NCBI GenBank assembly: GCA_964036045.1
Contig: OZ038379.1
Location: 76,074,001 to 76,138,000, forward strand
Length of the DNA stretch: 64,000 nucleotides
DNA from: Eutreptiella sp. 'Long Island Sound 2002'
Lineage: Eukaryota; Protista; Euglenida
Direction of reading: 5' to 3'
Position numbers and translations under genes: made by a program. Of the stretch, positions 14,051 through 26,200 are shown in pieces; position 1 is the stretch's first letter; each line of letters begins with the position of its first letter. The notes beneath the pieces were generated by a model. It was not told where the DNA came from, ran no database searches, and was given only the letters and a program-made list of their open reading frames with translations.

Positions 14051-14464
14051 GTTATCCTGCTCTCCTGCCCTACCAACCATGATATATGTTTCCTTTTTTT
14101 CATTTTGAATAGAATCAGGTCCATATGAGTTGGGGCAGGATTTCCTTCGCTGGGCAAAAGATTCTTTGGGGCATTCAGTGACTGAAGGTCAACAGAGTTT
14201 ACCCTCGTTTGCATTCCAAATGGTCCTTTCACATAGACCATGGATTGAATTTTATTTCCGCAACCCAGCAACATGTAATCAGTGGTGTTGTCCGTGCTAC
14301 ACGAGGTGTTGGTTTCAGATTTTTCCTGGAGACAATATTGTGCCCCACTGGGAGTCCAGATCTAGAGGCAAATGAGAGGATGAAGGAGCACAATGCTAAG
14401 CAGGTAGTGGCTTGGTAGGCTGATAGTGTTGGACCCAGGCCTTTGCTTAGTGGCTGGTTGATAC

Positions 14465-15460
14465 TATACCGGGGGGGGGGGGGTCTGAGGATGGCTGGGT
14501 GGGTTTGTCTGGGGTTTCCCCGATTTTGGGGAAAATGCAGGTACCGCCCCTGGGGTGGGTGTCCGCTTTTTGGGGTGGGTGGGTGGGTGGGTGGGTCGCT
14601 GAGCTTGGTAGACCACCAATGTCGTTCATGGGCCGAGGCACATTGTGCCACATGGGGATGCTGCCACTTTGTTCAGACCTATCTTTACACCTTTTCACTT
14701 CAGTCTGTACATGATCCTTGAGCAAAGTGCATCAGGGACTGTCAGTGACCCAGTGGCAGGGTTTTGCTTAGTGTCCGTCCTACCCTACCCCGGGGGGGGG
14801 GGGTGGGGGGGGGTCTGGCAGAATTTCAGGGTGGGTGGGTGTCCAACCCCCCCCCCCCCCCAGGGTGGGGTGGGACTTTGTGGGGGCCCTTGGGTCTATC
14901 GAGCCAGTGCCACTTCTTTCTTTCTTCTGTTGCAGGTTCCGTGTAACATGTTTATTTATGGTGTGTTTACATGTCATTGCATACCACGTGTGCATGCCCC
15001 ACGCCCATAAAGGGGCTAGGATTCTTTGTCGTTTGTGCTGGATGCAAAGGGGGCAACACTAGAACCCCACAGTTTGCATGTCTCAGTTGGGTACGTGGGT
15101 GGGTGGGTGGGTGGGTGGGTGGGTGGGTGTCAGACCCCCCCCCCCCCCCGGGGGGGTGGGTGGGACATTTGTCGGTCTGTGGGTATGCCAAAATTCTGGG
15201 TGGGTGGGTCCCTGAATTAACCCCCCCCCCCCCCTAGGGTGGCTAAGCAAAACCCTGCCCAGTGGATATAGCACAGGTCAACCAACAGAAGGGTGTGAGT
15301 GCAAACCCTGTTGTGCACATTTTCAGCACCTGCTATGGAGTGGTCAACCTGAATTTGTTTCATCCAAAATTGCTCTGTGACCTCCCCCTCAGGGTATCTG
15401 GCAGGTGGGTCTGTGGGTCTGAGAGTGGGTGGGTGGGTCAGCCAAAATCCCCCCCCCCCT
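14465..15460 (+). repeat. G/C-homopolymer and (GGGT)n-rich low-complexity repeats
   Basis: (GGGT)n at ~14573-14595 and ~15097-15128; several C10-14/G7-13 runs; related blocks at ~14790-14880 and ~15130-15240. Confidence 0.8.
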
Positions 15461-16229
15461 TCAGCATCATCTCATGACACCCTTGAACCTCAACCGCAAC
15501 CCAAGAAGTATCGGCGTACGGCTGTACATAGTCAGGGGGAGCGGGTGTTGGATGTGGACGCCATGTCAAGTGATGGTTGTCCCGTGCATATGCTCAGTGA
15601 AGGGGAGTACAACATTCACAATTCCAATAAAGGACAAGTATTCTTTTCTTTTTTTCATGTTGCTTTGCTGAGGTCAGGTATATGGGTGGACAACATTGCC
15701 CTCTCTCAACGTAGCAAATTTCAATTGAAAATCGCCTAGAAGTCTTCAAAGTTACCCGGAAAAATGCTCGGAAGTTTTTGCAGCCAGCTCGGGACCCAAA
15801 ACGCAACCAATATCGCTTGGAATGTTCTATGGACTTCCATGCAACCGTCCCCGGGTAGCTTGGAAGAAATTTTGGTGCCAATTTCTGAAATGTACCGTGC
15901 GATATGAGTCCCATTTGGTGACCATAAGTGCTAAGCGTTTCCCAAAATCCCCTGCAAAATGCCCAGCTTTTTCCTGCCATTTTTTACCTTGTATGCCGTG
16001 CGTTCTAGCGCCATGTGATGTAGGGTGTCCTTTTCTAGGGATCTGATGCTGATGACAAAATGGCTATCCTCATACAAAATTGGCCCAATTGGCCCAATTG
16101 GAGCCGGTAGAGCAGCTATGAATGCACTGCCAAGTAATGTCATGTAGTGGACTGGGATGGAGTGGAATGGAGTGGAATGGCATGGATGTATGTGTGCGTA
16201 CACATACGTCTGTCTGTCTGTCTGCGTGA

Positions 16230-18740
16230 AAACGCCACACTGATGCCACCAGCTACCAAGATTGCTCCACCCTGCACCGTATGATGTTACAGACGGACCT
16301 GTCCCACTGGGGCATCCTGCCCCTTCAGTACGTGCACGATTCCTGGTATGCGAGTATCAAAGAGCGCCACTGGTGGTTCACATTCAAAAAGTACGCATGC
16401 AATGACGTGGCGCCGGGGATTAGCACTAATGGTGAGGGGTCAGGACCGAGGGGGTGGCTGAATCAGAGGGTCCCGTCTGTGCTGCACAGTATAAAAGAGG
16501 CTCGTCAAATCCAGGATTGGGCAAGGCTGCGGTTCCTACGCACAGATCTACAGCAGCTGGCGTCCCAGATGTCTGTCCCCCTGTATGCAGTTGGTTCCAT
16601 CGTCGTCCCAAACCTCCTCCCCAACCAGAAAAGCGCTATACACCGAGTTTCCAAAAAAATGGTTGCCTCCATTACTGGACCAGCGTGGGAAAAACAGGCG
16701 CTGTCCAAAGTAATCAGAATATTGTGGAGCAACCCGCATACCATGAGGCAGATTTTTGCCAGTCATGCCACGAGTCATGCGTCCCGCTTTGATAAGACAG
16801 TAGTCCGGCCGGTGTGTCAATGCCACGATACCCCTCCCCTCCCAGGGAATAGACAGATCATACAGGGGCACGTCGCCTACACCCTCTTGGTTCCCTGCGA
16901 AGGGACGTACCTCCGCCCCAACGACCCGCTGCCCCTCAAGGGCTCGAAAGTGTGTGCACAGCTCATCAAGGACCTAACCAAGTGCGCCGACCAGCTGGGT
17001 GCCGACCTCCCCCCCCTGCACCTGCACCTACCGCACTCACTGTGGCCAAAGACAGGGTCAGCGCTTCACACCACACGCCTATTCGCGACAGTCGTTTTTG
17101 AGTCCCACTATGTGAGAATCGTCGACAACGGCGTAGGCGTGATGTGGGGTTTGTGTAAACACTGCGTTTGGTCAAGTTCTGGACGAATTCCTCACTGCCG
17201 AAGGCTATGTTGCCTCCTCCTCTCCGCCCCCCAGGCCCTGTCTTACATTCGCTCTGAGGTCGAGAAACGAGGGTACTCGGCCGATTCATGAGGACAACTA
17301 ACCTTGCTGTACCTGTTAGGAAAATACAAGTCCTTCCGTAAAGGACAGTGGCTCTGGCGTGGCATTACCTCCCTCCCCCAACCCCTGCTTCCCAAGAAAA
17401 CCCTGCGCATCGCCGCAAGAGCCAATTGTGCCTTCTTGAAACTCCTCTGCAACGAGGTGCCATGGTGTTTCTTGGCACAGAGCATCTCAGACGTCTCCGC
17501 ATGGTTCCAGTGGCTAGACACAATCAATGCCCAGCATATTTCAGAGGTTGACTGCAAAGACCAATTCAACAATATTTGCCCCACTGTTGTCGCCGACCAC
17601 CTCCAAAAAGCCTCTGATTGGCTGGCAGCACGAAAAAAATGGAGAATGACAGAAGTGGAGTGGTCCATACACAAAGACACAAAAAAACTGGACCAGCCAG
17701 GGCATGCAAAGGCAGAAAAATTTTGGTACCTTTCCCACACGGCCATGAGAGATACCATCAGCTTCGAAATGCACTGCAACAACTTCATCAGAGCACTCGG
17801 CAGTCTGTGGTCTCGCCACGGGTGTATCCCAATGGGGGGTTCATTTTCGGCCCAAGCAGCTGACCTGCACAGTGTGTGGGGGGTCTACAGCAACACACAC
17901 CTGTTTCATCAACTCGGGACGCTACACATCTCTGAGTCGGGCTTCCTGTTTTGGCAGACACACCATGGGATTATCACACTATGCCAGTTTCGTGACAACA
18001 TAGTGGTTGCGTCCACCTACAAAGACTCCGCCTCCACCCCGATCATACAGACGGTGTGCGACATTCTCCGCACCAGCTGGAACCTGCATGTGCTATGCGA
18101 CTGCATGTCGAACCTTGGGGACCCCTGCGCGCATGCCTGCCACAAGCCGGCCACAGTGGCCCTGGGTTATGCACTGGTGCGCCACCACTGTGGTATGGGA
18201 GTAGCCTACCTCCAGCCCAGTGCACTGGATAGCGCGTGGAACCTCAAGTCAGGACCTCCCCTCCTATCCCCGCCCCTTGCGTACCCAGCTTACGTGGCAG
18301 GTATTGTCACAGGCGCTCTGAGCAACGCCGGTCACTGGTGCCATACATGGGCGGGGTAAATGCTGTCACTGGGCACATGGTTACAAATAGCTCTGCTAAG
18401 CGGTTACCAGGAAAAACAGGTAGCCCGCGCGGCACACTCGGCTGTCACCAGGGCGCTGGCCACAAGCCCCAACACCCCAGCACAAACATTGCGATTCATG
18501 TACTCCCTCCTCCCTCACCTCCCTATGCCCCACTGCTGTCACCTAACGTTTTGCGCCGCCTGGATATGTCACCAGGCACACTGGGCGGGGGACAAGTACA
18601 GTAGCTGGTTCTCCCTCCTTCCCTATCTCCAAATGGGATTTCAGGACATTGGTGCTCTAATTGGAAGCTCCTACTCTCCCATGCCACCACAGTGTGCCAC
18701 CCTGACCACGTGTGTCCACAGTGGGAGGATGTGTGTGTGA
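16230..18740 (+). pseudogene. Penelope-like retroelement ORF: 5'-truncated GIY-YIG-like remnant followed by RT; two in-frame stops
   Basis: ORFs 16281-17291, 17304-18359 and 18360-18740 share one frame, separated only by TGA (17289) and TAA (18357). PLE-type RT motifs: VRIVDNG (cf. ADKG), LLGKYK, WRGITS, EVDCKDQFNNI, GCIPMGGSFSAQAADL, CQFRDNI. The N-terminal KRH...S.LH...ILPLQ...IKERHWW...CN pattern resembles the C-terminal half of GIY-YIG. Confidence 0.7.
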
Positions 18741-19761
18741 GCAGGTGGGTACACCTGTCTCCAGACACCCATGGACGTCCAGCACGTTAAACTGCGCAAG
18801 AGGCTTGGATTGGTCCAGGTGTCATCACCTATGGGGAACCGCAAACGCCAGCAGGGTACGTTGGAGTGCTTCGGCGTCGAGGCACCTGGGGTATGGGAAT
18901 ACCACCTTCCTGCTGGTACCCCTCCCACCGCCAGCGCACATATGTCCGCACCGGGGTACGTTAAACAGCTCAGGACCATGACAGGACGAGGCCCCGATCT
19001 GTTTCTGTGTGTGGTGCTGAAGTTCCGGCAGTTTGTAGTATTTTATTCTTTACTATTCCATCTCTCTCTTGTCCTGCCCGCCATTGCTGAGAATGGCTAC
19101 CTTTTTCTATTTTTTCACCCGCTGATGGCAAGCGGGCCCTTTCACTCTTGTACATATGTGGAAGTGGGAAGCCGTACTGCAGGTAGTCACCTCAGTTCTT
19201 GTGTACATAGTTTGTCCACTCGCCAGTTGGCCGTAGCTTTTTCTTTCCATAGGCTGGTACGCGAGCGTCGGAGGTTCGAACCCTCTTGTCATCAACACTC
19301 ACCACAGCAGCTCACTACGCCACCGGCACTGCCGGCCTGCGGTGGTTGCGCCTCGTCGTTTTTTTGGGCTAGCCCCGCCCCCCCCCCCCCCCCCCCCCCC
19401 GACACTTTGCAAAAAACTACACCACCGCCCCCTGCAGCACTGCGCTCCGCCACTTGCTCCGTCAGCCGCTCGCAGCAGTTGCGCCTCCTCATCCTTCGCT
19501 TCGGCGGAGGGGCCATGTAGGCAGTAGGAATCGAACCGGCGCCTTCACGGCACGAGCCCGGTGACTCAACCACTGGCACAGCACCCACCAAAAGACAGCA
19601 CACGCGCACAGACACAGGTCAGTGCCCCACATGATAACCCACATTGTCCCTCTGGCCTTCGTGGTTGTTGACAGGGCATGACGGGTGCGACCATTGACAC
19701 AGCACCCACCAAAAGACAGACGATGTGTGTGTGTGAGCAGGTGGGTACATCTGTCTCCAGA
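18728..19761 (+). repeat. 38/40-bp direct repeat (18728-18765, 19722-19761) plus ~23-bp direct repeat (~19577-19599, ~19698-19720)
   Basis: gat(gt)n gagcaggtgggtaca(c/t)ctgtctccaga occurs twice; cacagcacccaccaaaagacag occurs twice. Confidence 0.9.
19520..19586 (-). other. tRNA-derived (SINE-head-like) sequence
   Basis: The minus strand reads tgccagtggtt (A-box-like) ...ggttcgattcc (B box, 19527-19537) at tRNA-like spacing; the stems are poorly paired, so not a functional tRNA. Confidence 0.4.
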
Positions 19762-20048
19762 GATTTGCGCCACGATACGAGTGGACATGTAAGTAGCGCT
19801 GCAGGCAGTTAGTCTCAACCTCACAACCCCAAGGCTAATCAGGGCCAATCAGTTAGAGGTGCTTGATGTGACCAGCAGTGCCTGCAGTGCCTGATAATTG
19901 TGCTTCCTCAAACTGTACTGCAGAAAGGACCTTGCCTACTGTCTTCAATGGCCTGATGAGTTTGTTTTTGGTGATCAGTGTCGTGCCCGCATACTCTCGC
20001 CCTCACTGACGGTGCGTTTCCGCGGTTTCGTTCTCTGATCCCCTTCAC

Positions 20049-20051
<3 letters not shown>

Positions 20052-20081
<30 letters not shown>
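20052..20081 (+). repeat. (GT)15 microsatellite
   Basis: Direct reading. Confidence 0.95.
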
Positions 20082-20082
<1 letters not shown>

Positions 20083-20233
20083 AAGTTGATTGTACAATAG
20101 CAAAATCTTCTAGGGGGCTGGGTTAGCGGTGGTGGTTTGGTTTTATGGATGTCAGGACCCCAGGGTTCTATTGGGCCACTGCAGTGCATCCCCTAAATCA
20201 CCCCACCATACTCTACACGACTGTCTTGTACAG

Positions 20234-23200
20234 GACCAGACACTGGACATTGCCCTCATGGCCGACGACACCCCTCGGGCCCTTTCCAAAGCTCGGTTGG
20301 TTCTCAAAGGTGTGCGGCTCGATGAGGAGCTGGACGTGACTGTGGACCTCATGCACCAAGTGGACGGGCAGCGGGTGCAGGGTGGTCAGGCCAGGCTGAA
20401 GTTGCACCTGGCCTCACTGGGCGGCATCCCACACCACCCCAAGACCGGTAAGGAAATCACCATTGAATCAATCCATGTGGTCAGCCTCACGCACCCGGAC
20501 AAAGACCGAAAGATGTACGTCAAGTGCAACTTGGGACGCCAGGTCATGGAGACGGCCCTTCAGGATGGGCCCATGCCAAGCTGGCAAGAACCATTCACGT
20601 TTGCCGTCAGTGATGAGGTCAGACAATCCCTGGACGTGGCACTGCGTGACAGCAAGAAGGGGTCCATGGGCAAAGCCCGCGTGCGCATTGATGCGCTTTG
20701 GGAGGGGGTCCTGCAAGATGTGCCAATCCGGCTGCTATCCCGGGACTCTTGTGGGGAATGGGTGTCTGGTGACCCCCCGAATCAGCTGAAGATTACGGTT
20801 CAGGCCCGGGGCTTTGGCCAACGGGTCAAGGACACCGGCAACAGCGAAGTTGTGGGATACACGGACAGTTACCAGGATGCCCACGGGCTGCGGCCTGGGG
20901 AGCAAGGCTTCACGCCCCCAGCCATTGGTCCGCTCCGCTACGACCCACAGCCGCTCTCTGCCGGCTGCTACAACCAGAACTACATGGATGCCAACCTGAA
21001 GCGGCCTGGTGAGCGTGGCTTCATCCCGCCCCTGCGGGGGGTTTCCGATCCCCAGGCCCGTGCCGAGAAAGCCAGTGGCCTGTTCAATGGCTACGACGCA
21101 GATTATCGGGATCCTGCAGATTGCGCACCGGGCGACGACGGGTTTGTGGCACCGTATTACCAAATAGACGCAGAGACGGGGCAGATCCCCCCGGTGCCAG
21201 GGATGACAGAGGGAGAGCTGCCCTATGGGGCCTACGGGGATTCGTACCGAGATGTGAACATGCGGCAGCCGGGGGAGACAGGTTTCCTGGCCCCGCTGCA
21301 GCAGCAGCGCAGTATGACCCCTCGCGAGGTCACAGAAATGTCTCCCGAAGGCTACGACGAGCTCTTTGTGGATGTGAACGGCTGCATGAAAGGGGACCCT
21401 GCGTTTGTGGGGCCTGGCTTGTTCCTGCGGCGCTTCACGTTTGCGGACCAGCCAGGGCTGGTGATGTCACCCATCCCTGGGATCCTGAGCAGTGACGTCG
21501 ACGAGGATGTCCGCGGCGACGTACTGGGCCAAAAGGGCTACGGCCTTGAGGACTCCCTGAGCCCCATGGGGCAACCCGGCTCGTACACACGGGCGTCACG
21601 GCGCAGCGGCGGAGGGGGCCGGAAGGAGCCGTCACTGCAGAGGCCTGGCAAGCAAATGACCATGTACATGAAAGACACAATCGGGAGCCACGGCAGCCAC
21701 ACCTTCGACAGGTCCAAGGGGTCAGGGTCTGACTCCGTGCCGCTGGATCTGGATGGCACCATGACGATGCCGTTGTTGCCAGCGCGTGTGGGTGAGGAAG
21801 ATTGGACCCCACTGGACGCCCTCAAGACCCGGTCGGAGGTGGAGGGGCCGGACGCGCCCAATGTAAAGCGGGGCGAACCGCCAATGCTGTCGAGCAAGTC
21901 AGGTCCAGTGGTGCTGCAGATGCGGGAGCGGCGCAAGGATGGCAACTTGTACGGGTACAGTGGTAATGAGGAGCTGGAGCCAGAGCCAGAGCTGGAGCCC
22001 ATGCTGGACAGCTCGGGCAGGGAATCAAAGTCCTCCAGCAGAGGGTCTGGGCGTGGGTCTGCGCGTCGGCAGACAGTAGACATGTCAGACATTTCCCCGC
22101 AACGGGCGCAATCGCAGTACAGCACCCGGCGGTTAAGCGAGCCCATCACCCCGACAGCATTGGAGTGCGGCAGGAGCCGCTATGTCAGCTCTGTCACCGA
22201 GCATCTCAACAGGTCGTTTGAGTTTGACCAGGACTCAACATATTCCACAGAACCAGGCGAGGGCATGCCCTTGCTGTCGGATTTGCTGGGGCCTGATGCC
22301 CCGAATATTAAGCGCGGCGAGTCCGACATGGCCAGCAAGAAGGGCCAACAGATTGTGCTGCGTATGACGGAGCGGCGGGGGTTAGGCGGCGCGTTCGTAT
22401 ACGGGCAGGAGGATGAGCCATCCATAGTCTCGGAGGCCCCGGCCAAGGCCCAGATCCAGATGATCTCGGAGTGGTCGCCGCCAGTGGTGGGACAGGTGGA
22501 TGTACGGGACAAGCAGATGCTTCAGATGCCATCTGTGCTGGCTCAGGTGGACCACAGCTCATCTGGGCGCTTGAGGACGGACAGCTCATTCATGCAGACG
22601 GAGACGGGGCAGTTTGATGGAGACTCGGAGGATGTTGTTTGGCAGGGCCAGGGCAGTGACCGCGCCGTGGTGTGGCTGGAGAACGCGGACATGGATGTGA
22701 AAGACGAGGCCGCATTGGGGTGGAGCCCGAGCCCCATCAAGGGGCAGGCGACATTGGGGCAATCTGGTCACTGCACAATAGAACCAGAGACTGCCATCAC
22801 GGAAGTGGAGGAGGAGGAGGAGGAGAACCTGGGAGTCATTACGCCGGAGCACGGCCGCTCTCGCCGCACCTCAGTAGCCTCCACGGGCCAGTACACGTCG
22901 CACACATCCCAGCACGTGCCGCAGGCGGCAATGCCGATGGCCATTCCTGGGCTGGAGGAGGGGGAGGTGGAAGAGGAGATGGCGCTGACGGACGACCAGG
23001 TTGGCCGCGCGGGCCGCCGGCGCATGTCCATGCAGTCAGCTTACTCCAGTGTCCCGAGCGCTGGTGAGGTGCAGATGCAGGGCACTGTGGAGTACGAGGT
23101 TGATGAGGATGAGGAACTGGAAATCGTCCTCTCGTCGGGTCGGGTCCATGAGGCGAAGCACACGCCAGAGGGAAGCAGGCGGGGCTCGTACTCCCAGGCA

Positions 23201-26200
23201 TCGGGCAGCGAATTGAAACTGGAGAGCCAAGAGCAGCCGGCCACGGCCATCGCTGGGATCCATGAAAGCCCCCGGTTTGACGTGGGGTACCAGACAGTCC
23301 AGCTGACAAGCAAGCCCAGCAAGCGCCCGGCGTCCCAAAGCGGGTCGTTCATGAAGGCACCGAGTGGGATCAGTGTCCAGGTCCAGCAACTCCCGCAGGC
23401 GTCCATGCCGCATTTGGAGGGTGAAGAGGAGGAGCTGGACTTCGGGCTCATGACAGTCGACCAGCGGATGCAGGTCACGAAGGTCAAACAGGGCTCCCCC
23501 AGTGCCTCATACATCACGGAGCTGCCGAGGCTGGAGAGTGGCGTGCAGGACACGGAAATGTCTTTTGCTGCAGTGGGCAGCTTCAAGAGGACGGCGACAC
23601 GACGGACATCGGTGGCAGCCTCGTACTCGCAGGGGTCTGGTAGCATTGTCAGCATGGAGAGCTCCAGGCTTCCCAAGGACCCAACCATGTTCATGCCCGG
23701 GCTGGAGAAGGGGGAAATTGAGGCTGAGGTGACTTTCTCAAAGGTGGATAGCCTCAAGAAGACGCACACACGGCGCACGTCAGTGCAGAGGGCCTCATTC
23801 TCGCAGGCGTCCACTGCAGAGGTCCGGCTGGACGCCACTGGTGGCACAACCAGCATGCCTGAAATGGAAGCACAAGATGCTGCCCAGCGCACGCAGCTGC
23901 CGGGGCAGAAAGTCCAGTATGTGCCACAGACTGGGGGCCAGGTGGGGCTGCTGGACACCCAGGACTCGCCAAAGAGCCTGCCAAGCCAGGACTCAGCGAG
24001 GACAACGGATTCTGGTCGCCGCGGGAAGCGCCGTGGGGAGCCGGATGTGACGCCGCGAGCCAGCACTGTGCGGGTTTACATGAAGGATGCCGGGTTCCGT
24101 GAGGAGAAGATGCCAATTTCGGAGGAGCCGCAGGATGTGCCAGAGGCCGAGGCGGTGCTTGGGGAGTTGTCAGATGAAGAGGAGGTGGATTTGCAGATGT
24201 CTGGCCACCAGGTGGTTTCTGGGCACGTGTGGAAGCCCATGTCAGCGGTCTACACTCCCGAAGTGGGCTCACCAGTCAGGCGGGAGCAGGTGGAGGTTGG
24301 CGAGGTGGGGATGCTGGAGGCCGATGATGAGGAAGAGGTAGGTGTGCTCATGAGCTCCGGCCAGGTGGCGAGAATCAAGCCTGTGGGCATAAAGTGGACC
24401 CATGGCGACGGGCCATGCACCGTGCAGCAGCAGTTTGCTTCCGAAACCAGCACCATCATGGAAGAGGAAGAGATAGATGTGACATGCCTGCATGCAGTCA
24501 CCGGGAAGGCGGCCGGGCGGCCGTCGCGATACCAGCGCGTGGGCTGGAAGCCGGACGCTGCGCTTCGTCTGGAGGCCACTGGGGGTTTGCAGGCGGAGCT
24601 GTGCTTCATGGAGGATTTGGAGGAGATTGATGTGTGCCCATCATCAAAGGTTGGGGCACAGACCGGGAGAGTGGGGCGGAGTCTGCGGCAGCGCTCGCAG
24701 GCTAAGTCTTGGGTGTCGATCCCGGCACCACCGGACTGTACTGAGATCAACCTTGACCCTGATTGGGAGGACCATGCGCTGCGCGTGCGGCTGCCCGCAC
24801 GCCGCAGCGAGAGTGCTGGGAGCGGCAGCCGTTCTCCACAGTCTGTGCTGGGCATGGCCAGGCAGGGCAGTGGGCTCTACCTGGCGCCAAAAGCGGGTGG
24901 AAGTCCTTGGCGGCAGCCATCCCCCGGAGGGGCTGTTTGTGGGTCGCCCACCAGCACGGCAACACAGACACCGTCGCACACCAGCGAAGGAGGATGGGCG
25001 GGCGCCGGAAGCATGTCATCAGCGCCGATTGGCTATGGATCTCGCCGTCCGTCGCGCAAGTCCTTGAACAGCTCAGACCAGGGGTCTGCGAGCCTCACCA
25101 GTGGACTTCCAATGGAGACTGGCGTTGCGCAACTAGAGGGTGGCAATGAAAGCCTCACCCTGGACCCCCGGTTCTGCGACCCATCCATCCACCTAATGGT
25201 CCCTCATCAACCCTTGGAGGGCACTGTGATGCTTCAGGACACAGACCCTGAGGCGATGATGGGCATCAAGCGACCCACAAGCTGGCAGCATGCGGCGCAT
25301 GTGCTTTCGCAGGGGGCTGCCAGGCAGTGGCACACAGTGGGGCAACCCGTCATGGACAAGGTATGTGTGGATGTCGTGGACTGTGCGGGGATTGGCGTCC
25401 TGGAGGACTGCCCCATGGCGGTTGAGATTACCTGCGGTCTGCAGACACGCACAACCTCATTCAAGCAGGCGACGGTGACCCCCGTCTGGAATGAGCGGTT
25501 TGTGTTCATCCTCGAAGATGGGCCATGCCCTGTGGAGCTCTTGTTGATGAACAACCGGGGCGATGAGTTGGGGCGGGCCTGTGTGGAGCTGGAGGGCATG
25601 CCCCTGAATGCGCGCCAGGAGTCCACCCTTCGGTTGCGGCAGAAGGTTGCGGCAGGAGGACACACAGACGTTGAACCTCCCGTGTTCCTCCGTGTCGGTG
25701 TCATCCCCACAGGACCTGTGCCGATGGGTACGCAGGCAGTGGAACGTGGTGCCCTGCAGGAGCCGCAAAAATCCGGTGGTAGCCTAGCTGGTGTCACTGG
25801 TGCACCTGCAGGGCCCCATGTGGATGGGACACTTGGCAGTAGACATGCTGAGACTGCCCCTCTCGATGCCGAGCTGGAAGGGCAGGCTGCAATCTCTGCG
25901 GGGGTGGATGGGACCCCTACGGGCCTGTTGGCAGGTGTCCCGCCCTTGCCTTTGCCTTCTTCCCCTTGTTCGGGTGCAAGGCTGCCTGTTGGTGTGGATG
26001 GTACGTACGGCCCTGAGTATCGAGATGTCAACAACCGCAAGCCCGGGGATGCGGGGTTCATCCCCCCGATCACAGGGATTCAGGATGCTGCCAAACGTGC
26101 AACGAAAGCTGCAGGTCTTCCAGAAGGTTTTGATGCTGAGTATCGTGATGCCAATGGCCGCGGGCCCCAAGAACCCGGCTTCGTGCCACCATGCTACACA

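Larger units (their letters stand above)
14051..20233 (+). other. Intron 1 (GT-AG, phase 0, 6,183 bp)
   Basis: Joining cag|gt...tacag|gac gives EDFRFLLKDQ|DQTLDIAL, restoring the F.F...D...QTLD pattern of the other C2 repeats (one residue shorter). Confidence 0.8.

Noticed and set aside
19953-20040. ctgatgag as a hammerhead ribozyme core near the PLE
   Set aside because: No stem II closed by GAAA and no stem I/III pairing found on either strand.
14-20233. ORF-track starts at 14 and 20129 and ORF tails to 14128 and 30115 taken as separate genes
   Set aside because: The frame is open upstream of 14, and the other ends are intron read-through that break C2 domains restored by splicing.
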